DNA of 60,000 bases from Amphiscolops sp. MND2022 (Eukaryota). Below the pieces are notes generated by a model. The model was not told the DNA's origin. It did no database searches and saw only the letters and a list, made by a program, of their open reading frames with translations. How positions within the stretch are numbered: the first letter of the stretch is position 1; each line of letters starts with the position of its first letter. Of this stretch, positions 11,393 to 24,013 are shown piece by piece. The stretch is taken from assembly GCA_964187785.1 (NCBI GenBank), contig OZ076409.1, positions 24,678,001-24,738,000 on the forward strand. Reading direction: 5' to 3'. The translations under genes and the position numbers were made by a program.

Positions 11393-14300
11393 TCGAACTA
11401 ATATTAAGGCTGTATGTTACACGACCTTACGTCCTAAACAATTTCGATCGAATCACTTTCAACAATTATCATTTCAACTGCTCAATTTTAACCTTTTGTA
11501 CTTTGAACCTAATGCAATTTCCTTTGAAACTAATCTCGACTATTTAATCTCAAGTTAACTAAAGTGCTCTATATTTAATTTGGGCCTTTTCTCCATTCTC
11601 ATGGATTTCTTAAACCAGAAAATCTAGTTTCATCTCAGAATAGGCTGTTATGTTCGGCTCCAAAAGCAACATGATACAGTCAATAATGTTCAGTCTTAGC
11701 ACTCAATTCTTTATTTTATTCAAATTTGGAGTAGCATCAGACCGCTTTAGACCTATTGCGATCCAACAGAATGCTTTATTATCCAATACATTTTTAGTCG
11801 GCGCTTTTTTCGAACCTCCGCCTCCTCCTTAGTAAAACGCAATAAAATTCGGAGATAACGTAGGAAATTTGATTATAGTCCCAACGAAATTAAATTTTCG
11901 AGTCCCAACCTCCTGTTTAGTGAAATGCAATTTATTTCGGATATAACGGCGGGAACGGCCCAAGTCGGCGCCCCGCTCAAGTTTCAAAAAAGTAAAGTTT
12001 TTAGTCAGCACTTTTTTGGAAAGAACAAACTATAGTAGTAGCTAATTTTTTATGGTCGACAAAGTGATAGATTGTTCATTTTGTTCAAAATGCAGACAAG
12101 TGAACTACGGACCTATAAAACGTAGTAGAACCTCGCAAACATACCAAGGATCCCCTTTAGCTACGTCGGTGATTTTAACGTTGATTTTTTCGGCACTGTG
12201 AGATTTTTCCCGAATATTTTTCGGCGCTTTCTTAGGTGACTTATCCTAGGCCAAAAGAAGAGCCACTCTTCCAGCTTAAGCAAAGATAATACAAGACTCC
12301 TTATGGTTTTCGGCACCAGGCGACTTATCGGAGACCTTCAACAATTTTTTTCCAGCATTTCGACGAAATTTTTGCTTCAAAAGTCTCCAGTTAGGGAAAA
12401 GTGGTTTTCGAGTCTTACCCGTATTCCTTGGGGTATTTTATTGCCACTGTTAAGTTGATGAAATTTTAACAAAAGCGTTTTTTTGCATATTTAACACTTT
12501 ACTTTTTTGAAGCTTGGGCGGGGCGCCGACTTGGGCTGTTCCCGGCTTGTTTAAACATGCAAATAGACACTATTGTTAAAATTTAATCAATTTTACAGTT
12601 CGAAAAAATAGCTGAAGGGATACGCATAAGCTTCGAAAACCACTTTTTTCCCAACTGGAGACAAAATCTGTTTTGTTTGCTTAAAACTCAAAAAAAAGAA
12701 AAATGAGGAAAAAGTTTTCGATACTTTTTCGGAATCCATTCTGATGAAGGTCTCGCAGTAAAACGCATAGTGCCAAAAACCTCAGAGAGTCGTCTATGTT
12801 CGCAATACGTTTCGTTTCTAGTAAAAATCGAGAGGGAGCTTCGATGATACCAAATTATAAAAATGTCGCATGGAAAAAGGCCGGTTCTAACAAAGCTAAG
12901 TTCGGGTATAGCGTGCGAAAACCTAATTTCTGAGTCAGAAAATATTCATTTTGAAAAGTCTCAAAATGCCAACCATTGTAAAAGGCTTTTTGAAAACAAG
13001 CACAGGGTGACACTTTGGAGACAATAAAAACTTTTGAAAAAAAGTCACACAAAGCCGACATAACAAGCATAAAAAAATTGGTCAAGTGCAAGAATCGAAC
13101 CCATGTCCTGCTTCTCAGACCTCCAAAACCCGGATTAACCTCTTTGCCAAGTGGTGGTATAAGATACTAGTTTTTAAGCAACAGCTTATCAAATTTATAA
13201 AATCTGTCAATTCTTGAAAATAATTTTAAGTCACTCCTATAGTCTGCTCTTTCGACGAAAACTCCAAAAAATTGGATATTGGGCGATCAGTTCAAAATTT
13301 TCATAGCTAAAATTTTCCACAAAGACGTTGATAGTAGAATTTTGAAACTCTGAAGCAGCTGTTGTTCTATTATGTCAGTTCCAAACGGAAAATTTTATCT
13401 ACATTCGGAGAAACTGTGAAAATAGCGTGAAACTGAACGAAAATTACCAAGACACGGAAGCATGAAACTTAACGGTCCTCCACCGCGAGTTTCTGCGGAG
13501 CGTAATTTTTTATCCTATTATTCCAATTGGAATCAATGTAGCAAAAGTAACAATTTTTGACAATATACAGCATTATACGTTTGAAAAAATGTCTGAAATT
13601 CCGTTGGTAAATCGCACAGTGCCGAAAAACCCTTGAGGTGTCTCTATGCTCCCAAAATGCTTTGTAACCGCCAAAAATTAAAGAGGGGTTTCGCGTTGAA
13701 AAATTCAGAAAACATTCGAGATCCTTTGGTTTTCCCCTAACTTTGCAAACAAATTGTGGGTCAGTGTGGGACTCGAAAACTTGTGGTCCTGCTTCTGCAA
13801 CCTCGTCACCAGACATGGAAATCCGCGTTAAACACTACGCCAACTGGAAAAAACTTTCTGGTGATTTTGGTATCTACGATTAGGAACTGGGTAGGAAGAA
13901 GTATCAAAAGCCGTTGCTAAAACTACGATTTTTTGCTAAGAAAACGAAAAATATCTCAATGTTTTCAATAAAAAGTGGTTATTATAATGACAGGCCCCGT
14001 TGAGGTTCCCGATATAGGACTTTCAGATATCCTAAAAGTTTGCTTTTTATGGAAATTCAGTAATCGCTATGTCCAAAAACTCCCTTTGGACTTAAAAGAA
14101 AAGTTTTTGCACTTTTTTTGCTTGAAATGCCAGAATAAACAGAGAAGGACCTGAAAGAGTTTTTCCTCACCCTAAAATTTCAGAACAAAAGGGGAAGGGG
14201 GAAAATATATATATGAGAAAAATTTTATTGGATGACCCTCTAGGCCTTGTTAGCACTTTTTAGTTAGCACTTTGCAGCTGTGAGAGTCTTATCAGAATGC

Positions 14301-15374
14301 GCCGACTAAACAAGAAACTTTCATCAAGAACTTTGCATAAACTTTTTGCTAATTTTTCAAAATTAAACCCTCGTGTTTACAAAATCTTCTGCGATGTCAT
14401 TATCTGCGAATTAGCCCTGATATTATATCCTCATTTTAGAACAAGAACTGCCAATGGGAGAGCTTCAAACGCCAATCAAACGAGACGGTGTAATGAGGGG
14501 ATTTTTAGTGCAACGTTCCCAATCTAATTCCAAGGACTCCTCAAAGAGAAGCCCAATCCAGCCTTCGTATGTCGCAGTGAGAAAATGGTTCAACTTTTGA
14601 TGACAAGCCGTTGGCACCACCCCAAGTGATTTAGATTATATTCAATGCTGATTTATATTGAGTTCAAGGTCGCTTTATAATTATTGGCTTTGTATATGTA
14701 TGAGACTTCTACAAACTAGACATTCAATGCCTCTTTCGCTTTTTTTTCAGGCGCATAGTTGAGAAAAGGTCTATAAGATTATCAGGTGGGTCCATTAGTT
14801 TTGCGAGAAATGAAATTGAGATCCAAGAACATTCGTAGCATTCGTAGATTGAATTTCTTCAGCAAGTCCATTCCGAGTAGCGGTGTTATGTCATTTCTTT
14901 CGGTGATCAACATGTGCATTTTCTGTTTGTTGTTTTCGTATTCAATATCTGCCGGTATTTGTCCGCGGAATTATACTTCGTTTTGTTTACGTTTTGATAT
15001 CGGTGTTTCACTTTCTGAATTTCGGTTTTCTTCAAAATGTTGTCATCTGCCGGCAATATTGAAATTGATGATGCGGTATCTATTATGAATTCTTTTTTGG
15101 TTCTGTTTATTTTAACTGTTGTCAAGTATTTGTTTTTGTCGGTAGTTCTATTTATCTTCTCAATCCGGCATATACTTGATTCTGATTGGTCGGATTCTAC
15201 TCCAATCGTTGTTTTCTCATTGTCGTTGTCTTCGGTTACATTCCGTATTCTCCGTTTGTTATTCTTTTCTAGTCTGCATGCTCTTGCGAATAGCCCCTTC
15301 TTCCCACAGTTATTGGATAATTTATCAAATGCCGGGCATCTGTGTGATGGCTTCCAGTTTGGTGCGTTGCAGAA

Positions 15375-15691
15375 TGTGGTGATGTCATCGTCACTTGTTG
15401 TTATTCGGTAAACGACTACCGTTCGCTACCGAAGAGGCTACTTCAATACCATTGGTTCCCAGATTCGGTTATATAACACCGAAGAATAGAAACTTTGAAT
15501 GTGCGTCATCGATGACCGGGTGAAAGAACTCAGATAAACTCTATCATAATAGACTTGTATTTTAACTGGTGTTATTTGTTTTGAACGCTACATACTGTTT
15601 GTACGGATCAAATAAAAAGAAAACAAAGTGAAACCGAGAACCTGAATTGAACTGAATTGAGAACAAAATCTTTTCAAACCACTTCACGGCA
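15375..15691 (+). repeat. 5' LTR of inner Gypsy element
   Basis: TGTGGTGATGTCATCG...CCACTTCACGGCA, a direct repeat of 19572-19883 with scattered mismatches. Confidence 0.93.
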
Positions 15692-15823
15692 AATGGTGTC
15701 CAGACCACCGAAATTACATTAAATTTGAGTTAATTGCAGAAGAAACAGCAGAATTCTTACAATTATTTCATTTAAACCGAAAGGGTGAAGATCGTATTCA
15801 GTTCGTTCGGTGGAAATATTGAA

Positions 15824-16720
15824 ATGCAAGCAAACGAGACAAAAAAGCAACTCAACCTGCACGAACCCGAAGCTGCTCTAGCCTGGATAGATGCATTCAA
15901 AGTGCGATGCCGGGCCGAGAAGAAAGCAGATGTACCGGCAGCTGGAACGACACCGGCCGATATACAAGTAACGGATCAATTTCTTTTCCGTTGCGGTGTG
16001 GAAAATTTTATGAAGGTCAAATCGCTTGTTGCACCGACAAAAGTGGAAACGATGGGTTTCAATGAAATTGAAACGGTACTTGAAAACTACCTGCAGCCGA
16101 GAAAAAGACTCGTTAATGCCGAACAAACACAATTCGTGGCTGTTACCCAGAGGAATGGAGAATCATCAGGAGATAATCTGGCACGTCTGAAAGAAGCAGC
16201 ACGATATTGTGAGTTCGGAAATCTGAAAACGGTTGCAGATCCGGAAGCTTACATGACACGGTTACGCTTAATTGCTGGATTACAAAATACCGAACACAAA
16301 TTGGAAGTGTTGGAACATCTTCATCAAAACCCGAACGCTACAATAGACGATATTTAGTTGGTTATTCAGCAGCGTGAACAAACCGTTCAATTCGTGAATA
16401 AACAGAACGAACTGAATGAAACAGTTTCATTTGCGCGGAACGGTCTATTACGAAAGAGAACAACCGGAAATGGCACAATTTCTGTCGGCATCCACAACAA
16501 AGCCAAAGAATGTTCACAATGCGGAACGAGGCATGAATCAAGGAGTTGTCCGAAGTTCGGTGTATCCTGCAACAACCCGAATCATTTCGCAAAAGTGTGC
16601 CGGGTGAAGAAACAAACGAACCATTTTGTTGAAATAGAAGCCAATATCGAACAAAACAATGGCAGTACCTCCGATTATTCGTATTTTTTGGGCATACCGA
16701 CTATATCAAGAATGGTACAA
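15824..16720 (+). pseudogene. gag of inner Gypsy element (in-frame stop at 16355)
   Basis: Gag-like LENYLQPRKRLVNAEQTQF..Q..GES....LARLKEAARYCEFG, followed by zinc knuckles CSQCGTRHESRSCP and NHFAKVCR. Confidence 0.88.
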
Positions 16721-19553
16721 TGGTAAAAATCAAAGTGAACGGTAAAGAAATACCAATTATAAAAGACACTGGAGCACCACTGACGCTGATTTCAAAGCTG
16801 TGGAAGCAGATTGGACAACCGAAACTTGAACAACACGGGAAGTGAAACATATGACAAACATAAAATGAAATAATTCGGTGCTTTCTTTTCAACGGTGTTT
16901 TATAATAACAGAGCTTAATGTAAACATTGCTGTTGATGATGCTGATAGAAATTTTGGTTTAATGGGACGTGATATACTAAATCAAAGCAAAGAGTCTTTT
17001 GACCGGTGCTTCAAAGCAGAAGCATCCCAAAAGCTACCAACAGTGAAAGGTGCTAAAGCTTCCATTAAATTGAAACCCGATGCTCGACCAATATTTTGCG
17101 CGCACGGAAGGTACCGTTGCCACTTGACGGAAAGTCAATGAAACCATTGTTGGGAATTCTTGAACCGGTTGAATCCGGTGGTGTAGACAGTTGTTCCCCG
17201 GATGTGTGGGTGAAAAAAGGTGATCAACTACGAATGTGAGCTGACTATAAAGTGCACGTAAATGATAAAATTAGTACCGAAGAATACCCTCTACCTTGTA
17301 TTGTGTCAGGCGCTAAACTTTTTGCGAAAATTGATCTATCTAATGCTTATTGGCGAATTCCACTTGATGAAAAATCGCAATATGTGTTTACAGTGAATAC
17401 AACCCGAGGCCTATTTCGAGTCACCCGGTTACAACAAGGATTGAAAAATGCAGCGTCGATTTTCCAGCAAGCTATCGAAGAAGTGCTCAAAGGACTGGAT
17501 GGTTGCGTCGCATATCAACACGATATCTTGTTGTTCGGTGTAATCGAGGCCGAACTCTGGAAAAGATACAATGCGGCCAAAGAACGGCTGGCAGCGAAGA
17601 CCTTCACCGTGAATGAAGACAAGTGCGTATCATTCTCGACAACGTTGTCCTTTTTGGGCTATGAACTTTTATCGGAAGGAGTCAAGCCAGAACAGAAGCA
17701 AGTTCAAAAACTTCAGATACAACCACCGAAGGATGTCAAAGAAGTTGAAGCTTCTATCGGACTCAACAACTATTTTGGGCAAATGATTCCGAACGATGCT
17801 GCCGAGACGAGATGTATCAATGAACTCTGGCAAAAAGATAAACCTTTCAAGTGGACCGATCAATGTCAAAGGGCATTCCAATCACTGGTAGATGAGCTGA
17901 CATGTGAACCATTGGTACAACAATACACATTGGATAAAGAAATGACTCTCAACGGATGCATCCAAAAAAACTATTGGTGTTGTTTTAACGCAGAATGATC
18001 ACCCGGTTATCTACATCGGAAGAACAGAAATAAAGCAAAAATGGACAGGAAGCGCTTGCTGTAGTATTCGCAGTGACACGATTTCGACAATTTTATTGGG
18101 GAGGAATTTCACCCTGAGAACAGATCACAAGTCACTACAATATATCTTCAATCCGAGCAACCAGATACCGAAAGTTGTATCAGCGAGACATGGGCGATGG
18201 GCAATAACTCTTATGGCCTATGACTCAGATGTACAATACACTCCTGGTCAAAATTTTGGCCATGCCAATGCAATGTCCCGCTTACGGTTCAAAGACGATG
18301 AAAACGTTGCGGTAGCAATGGCTACATTGGAGAGACCTGTAGATTGATGTCGAGAGAGAGAACCGTGATTGATGTCGAGTTACGGAAATAGATGCAATTG
18401 AATGAGTTTACGATGCGGATGATGAACAGAATCCGAACTGGATATTGGAAAACTGTAGCAAAATGGAGAAATCTTATATGAATGTTTCAAATGCTTCAAC
18501 AATACAAAGTGATTTGATATATAATGGATCGAGAATTTTCATACCGATTACATGCCGAGAAGTGATTGAAAAATTTCACGACGTCCAACAAGGAATCAAT
18601 GCTTTGAAAAATTTGGTGAGAAACAATGCTTGGTGGTCGTTTATGGATAGCGATATCGAACATTGTCAAAAATTGTGCCGAATGCAGCAAAAACAGACCG
18701 AGACTGATCGAATCTACCCACAAATGGGAAGAAAGCGCATCGTGGGAAAGCCTGCATATGGACTGGCTTTATGAAGCAGAACACGGTAACAATCTGATCA
18801 CAGCTGATGCTGGTTCTGATTGTTGGAAGCTTTTCCGTGCAGGGACCGATTAACACGGAACGTGGTCAGATGTCTCCGAACAATCTTTCATCGGTTTGGA
18901 ATACCGTATACGGTTGTGTCCGATAACGGAAAGGAGTTTGTATCCAAAGACCTAAAAGACTGGTTGGCAGCACACGGATGCAAAAAGATTGACACACCTT
19001 TGTATTCACCGAGAAGCAATGGCCTGGCCGAGACAGCTGTTCAAAAATTGAAAAAAAGCATGAAATTGTACAACAAAGACATTGGTTGTTCACTGACTAC
19101 TTATTTTGATAAAGTTTTGTTCAGTTATCGAAATTCTCTAAATGCTAGAGGTGACACTCCTGCCAAATTATTACTTGGAAAAAACTTAGGAACCCTGTTC
19201 TTGGATTTTTTGAAAATGGTGAAAAAGGGCTGTACAAACCCACTTCAAACCATGAGTCGAAAGAATTGACTTACATTATCCGGAAAGGACGAAACACGGC
19301 TTGGCTGCATGACAACAACCGAACAATCTTGGCAAGTGACGGACAAATCGCACCACTGCCATCATCAGACATAGTGAAGGCGGAACCTCAACCGAACATT
19401 GGACATGATGCTATTCAAGATCCAGTTATCCCGAAGACTAGTAACGCTGATAGCTTGAGTCCGGCGCTTATCGAAGAAGATACCACAGTAACCAATGATA
19501 GACCGAAACGACTACGAACCCAAACCCAGAAGTATCAAGCAGGATTCGCATGA
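16720..19553 (+). pseudogene. pol of inner Gypsy element (protease, RT, RNase H, integrase; multiple frameshifts and stops)
   Basis: Protease DTGA at about 16766. RT FAKIDLSNAYW..VNTTRGLF..LQQGLKNAASIFQ..YQHDILL (YxDD mutated). RNase H GRNFTLRTDHKSL. Integrase FGIPYTVVSDNGKEF..YSPRSNGLAETAVQ. Confidence 0.92.
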
Positions 19554-19571
19554 GTCAACTAAAACAGGGGA

Positions 19572-19883
19572 TGTGGTGACGTCATCGTCACTTGTTGTTA
19601 TTCGGTAAACTGCCGTTCACTACCAAAGAAGCTACTTCAATTTCATTGGTTCCGAGATTCGGTTATATAACAGCGAAGAATAGAAACTTTCAATGTGCGT
19701 TACCGATGACCGGGTGAAAGAACTCAGATAAACTTACATGAAAGACTTGTATTTTAACTGGTGTTAATTGTTTTGAATACTACTTACTGTTTTGTACGGA
19801 TCATATAAAAAGAGACAAAGTGAAAACGAGAATCTGAACTGAACTGAATTGAGAACAAAATCTTTTAAATCCACTTCACGACA
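19572..19883 (+). repeat. 3' LTR of inner Gypsy element
   Basis: TGTGGTGACGTCATCG...CCACTTCACGACA, followed by TSD CAGAA. Confidence 0.93.
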
Positions 19884-22494
19884 CAGAATTCACACGGTTT
19901 GTCGTTCGTTATTCTATTTTTCGGTAACGCACCAAATCTTTCAGGTTTTCGTATTGGTTCTTCTTTAATTTCTTTTTCTAGGTTTGTGAATAGGGCTTCC
20001 GGTATTGTGTTTCTCCAATTTTCCTCTCGTAAGTGTTTTGTTTAATCATTTCAACTGTTTTTTTTCAGTTCCAGTTTCTTTTCTTTCATTAATTTGTCTC
20101 GAAGTTTCGCGTCTGTGATTGCGGGCATGAATTTTGAGATAAGTAAATCTTCGGCTGTTATTCTTCCGAAGGCGCATTCTTTTTCGATTTCTGTCAATCT
20201 TCGCCAGAAGTCTTCCGGTGTCTCGGTTTCATTCTGTCTAATCCAGAAGAATTCTCTGCGGTTATGTTAAGTGTTTCTTTTCGGTACGAAGTTTTAGTTA
20301 AATAATCTGATCAAATATTTCATCTTTATTTCGTCTGGTCCCGTTTTGTATTCTGCTCTTGTCATTTGGTATAAAGCTTCGGGTTCAATACTCCAAATGA
20401 TTTTTTTTGTATTTCAGTTTCTTTATCGCTCCAACCGTTTTGTATCATTCCAGCTCCCCGTATTAGTTCGGCAATATCTATCTGGTACTTTCTCTTTCTG
20501 TATTGTCTGAATCTCTCGAGCCACTGTTTCGGTTTGAATATTCTCTTCCCGTCTGATGTGGCCTCGAAGTTCGGTACTTCGACTTGATTTGTCTCTTGGG
20601 TCATCTTCGTTGTTTCAGTAAAATCAATCGGTTGTTAAAAATGCTGACTGCGCCAATTAATATTTCTTGATGCTACTAGGTAAAACAAGTTAGCATGTAA
20701 GAAATATCTTTCCAGTTTATCCAAAAGAGTTTATGGCCAGTTTTCCGTTCTCTATTCTAGCTAATGGTATTATCAAAGGATGGTAAGAATAATACAAAAC
20801 AATGAGTTGTTTACAAATATGAAAGCATAAAGGTCACTTGATAATGGGTAGTCTAGAACTATCAGAGTTTTCCTTGGCACTTCATCTGAATAATTCGGTT
20901 CGGAATTTGACACCGTATATGATGAAAGCGATGATGACAGACCATATGATGAAAACGATTCTAAACAACAACTTTACGATCCCATATAGTTGCAAAGATG
21001 GCGGCTACTCAGAAATGGGTCGGTTTGAAATATTGAAAAGTTTTCGAAGACGTTATACACAATGCTGAAAAAACAAAGGGGTATGAAATTACTCCTACTT
21101 ACGTAGGTAGGCCAAAAAAGCTAGCGGCATATGTTGGCACCTCGCTTAAGGATCAAATGAAATATAAAGGGGAGGTGTCATGAAAGTCACCTTGAATATT
21201 CAACAGTCTATTGAACATGCTTATGCTATTTTTGAAAGACTTTACCAGAACTAAGGCGCGAAGTTTTTGATCAGGTAGAGTAAATTGGAGAAAGGGAAAA
21301 AACTACCATAATAGTCGGTATAAATCCAGTAAAGTATAAATCCAGTATTTCCTACCATAATAGTCGGTATAAATCCAGTAAAGTGCATAAAATAACGTGT
21401 TGAATACGTTTTATCCAACTTTCATCTAAAACCAGAATATTTACTTTATATTGGTTACTTTCAATTTTACCAAAAAAAAACTTGTAACTAAAGACGACCT
21501 AGAACCCATGATTTGCTACCAGACCGACGTTTGAACTACCTGGTATTTATGTTCCCCCCATTTCAATATGGAGAAGGAAACTTTCGGATGTTTTTGTGGG
21601 TATGAATGTTCACAGTGTTCAACAGCAAAATACTTGGCACTCTTGTATAGAGAAATGATTTTTGTTTTGAAAACCATGTATAAAACGAACCAAAAGTGTT
21701 GATATTTTCAATTTCTTCCTAATTCGTAGTTTATTAGTTACGGTCGTGACTTGAGAATGTCGTAGCTACTAAAATAATTCGAGACAAAAAATAGCGGGAG
21801 TCTCAAAAACTGCCAATTTGACGCGTCAATGTGTTTTGTCGATTAGAGCCCACTAAAAACGTTCTCAATGAACCCTGTTTGAAACTTCGTTGCTCATTAG
21901 TTTTGAGAAGCTGCGGCTCGTGTTGAAGTATTTTGCAAGCAAGTGTGACTGCTTCACCTTAATAAATGTGAAGTAGTTTAACTATTTAGTCGGCGATTTT
22001 TCTGATTTCGTCGGTGGATGGACCCCTGGAAATGTCTCATTAACATGATCAGGGTGGCTTTTGGGAAATTCTCAACTTCCAGAGTCGCAAAATTATCCGA
22101 AGGGGCAACCTATGGCCTCGAACAACACTTATCATTCTATCGTAACATCAAAAAACCCAGTGATGAAAATTTTTCGAGAAAATCGCAATGCCGCAAAACC
22201 CGAAGATGGGAACGTTAACACTTGTGAAACGTCTTTTAAAGAGTTGAAACATGGTGAAAATTTGAAGGGCCCTTTGGTGAAATAAAAATTTTTCGAAAGT
22301 CGCACTGCGGAAAAACCCAAAGGGGTACCCTTTGACAAACCAAAATATGTAGTCCTAGACAGGTATCCAATCGACGGTTGTCTGCTTGGGAAGCGCCTGT
22401 AATACGGTGCAAATACCGATACCGAATCTTACGGTGACAACGTCAATCAAACTTGTTCCGATTAATCAAACAATTTAGAATCAAATGATGTTTT

Positions 22495-23140
22495 TTGGAT
22501 TACCAGAAATTTCGTCGGCGGAAATTTCGTCGTCGGAAATTTCGTCGTCAGAAATTTCGTCGTCGGTGATTACGTTCTATAAAACGTCGCATTTTCTTTA
22601 ATCTATTAGGAATCGTCGTATTATTGAGTCTTAATAATTATCGATAATTGTTCAATAATTACTATCATTGACTACTTTTTGTTATGGTTTTGAGAAAAAA
22701 GTTTCGGACCTTATAACTCCCCATATACACCTTGTTTGTTATCCCTCCAACACGAAGTTGTTTCGACACTTAAAGCAAAAATTTCCATTACCAAAGGATT
22801 TTATGATAATTTTCTGACAAAAAGCAGAAATTCCCCCTGGAGCAAGCTTGAATTGTATTGTAAAGCCCCGGTAAGTAGTTCCACCGGTAGGACTGAAAAT
22901 ATACAATTGTTTAATAAGCGTCTTGATGAGTTGATTGAATGCAATTAACTTTTTGACTCAATTTTGGTGTCAAAATGAAACTTGTTCTTAAGATCTCATT
23001 TTAATTCTCATTTTAATAATTAAGTAATTGTATAAATCAAATGATATATTTCGGTGAACGCTGTTATTCTAATCAATACGACGAAATTTCTGACGACGAA
23101 ATTTCTGGATTTGCTAATACGACGAAATTTCCGCCTCCCT
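22495..23140. mobile_element. Foldback/MITE-like element with 15-bp tandem repeats in inverted arms
   Basis: (GAAATTTCGTCGTCG)x4 at 22505-22566 and inverted (CGACGAAATTTC)x3 at 23079-23135. The right half is related to 55455-55625. Confidence 0.7.
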
Positions 23141-23298
23141 TTTTTGTTAGTAAATACCACAACTACTGCTGTGCTATATTTATACCATTTGATCTAGAAC
23201 CAGATATAGAAAGAGATCGTTCATTGTTAGATTGGATATAAAATAAGAGTTTCGATTCAAAAACCTTGTTTTTTTCATTTCAACCAAGATATAGAACA

Positions 23299-23495
23299 TG
23301 GCGCAGTCAGAATTTAAATTACCCACTGGATTTTATCGAAACAAAGAATATGACAACAGAAACTAAACAAATTGAAGTACCGAATTTCGAGGCCACATCA
23401 GACGGAAAACGGATCTTTACACCGAAACAATGGCTCGAAAGATTCCGGCAATATACGAAGAGAAAATACAAAATTGACATTACCGTACTGATACA
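23299..23495 (+). mobile_element. Gypsy fragment: PBS plus gag N-terminus of the same family as 20604
   Basis: ..AACA TGGCGCAGTCAG (23299), then MTTETKQIEVPNFEATSDGKRIFTPKQWLERFRQYTKRKYKIDI, near-identical to the 20604 peptide. Confidence 0.8.
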
Positions 23496-24013
23496 TGATA
23501 ACTTACTGGCTGTGTGAACAAGATGACGTCGTGAACAAAAACTGTTGAAAAGTGGACCATTCGCAATGATTGTCCTCGCGAAAAATAATATTCGAAAAAG
23601 TAGAGTGAATGTAATAATCTGGCACATTTGCTTATAGTATGCAAAGATTAATAATAGCAAAGGCATCCCTCCTAGACCAAAATACGACTTTGATTTAGCT
23701 CGTGACATTCTATCACTGATCATTTCTTACATTAGACAATTTGAGTTCAAAGCCCAAGAATCATGAATTCCAAGAAAAATGAGAAACTATTCGTCAAGAA
23801 ATCCAAGCTCGCCAAATCTACACAAAAACTGTCAACATTCTAAACTCATCAGCAGAATCACAATCGAAGACGTTATACTCAAAATCTATAGAAGAAAATT
23901 AACTGAATGCAGATAAAGTTCAATTTCCAAATTCTATTTTACAATTTATTCATCTATATGCACTATTTACAATATGAATACAATTTGATTTGAGAGCTGA
24001 TTCTGATAGAGTT

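Larger units (their letters stand above)
15375..19883 (+). mobile_element. Full-length but decayed Ty3/Gypsy LTR retrotransposon
   Basis: TG..CA LTRs at 15375-15691 and 19572-19883, 5-bp TSD CAGAA (15370-15374, 19884-19888), PBS-like TGGTGTC at 15694 and purine tract AAAACAGGGGA before the 3' LTR. Domain order is gag-PR-RT-RH-IN. Confidence 0.95.
14570..20655 (-). mobile_element. Older truncated Ty3/Gypsy element (PBS, gag, protease) interrupted by the 15375-19883 insertion
   Basis: PBS TGGCGCAGTCAGCA at 20642-20655 and gag start MTQETNQVEVPNFEATSDGKRIFKPKQWLERF (20604). Removing the insert restores KPCEFCNAPNWKPSHRCPAFDKLSNNCGKKGLFARACR (double zinc knuckle). Aspartic-protease-like FIIDTASSISILP lies in ORF 14907-15125. 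Confidence 0.85.

Noticed and set aside
21303..21385. Short duplication CTACCATAATAGTCGGTATAAATCCAGTAAAGT
   Set aside because: Simple local slippage duplication with no further structure.
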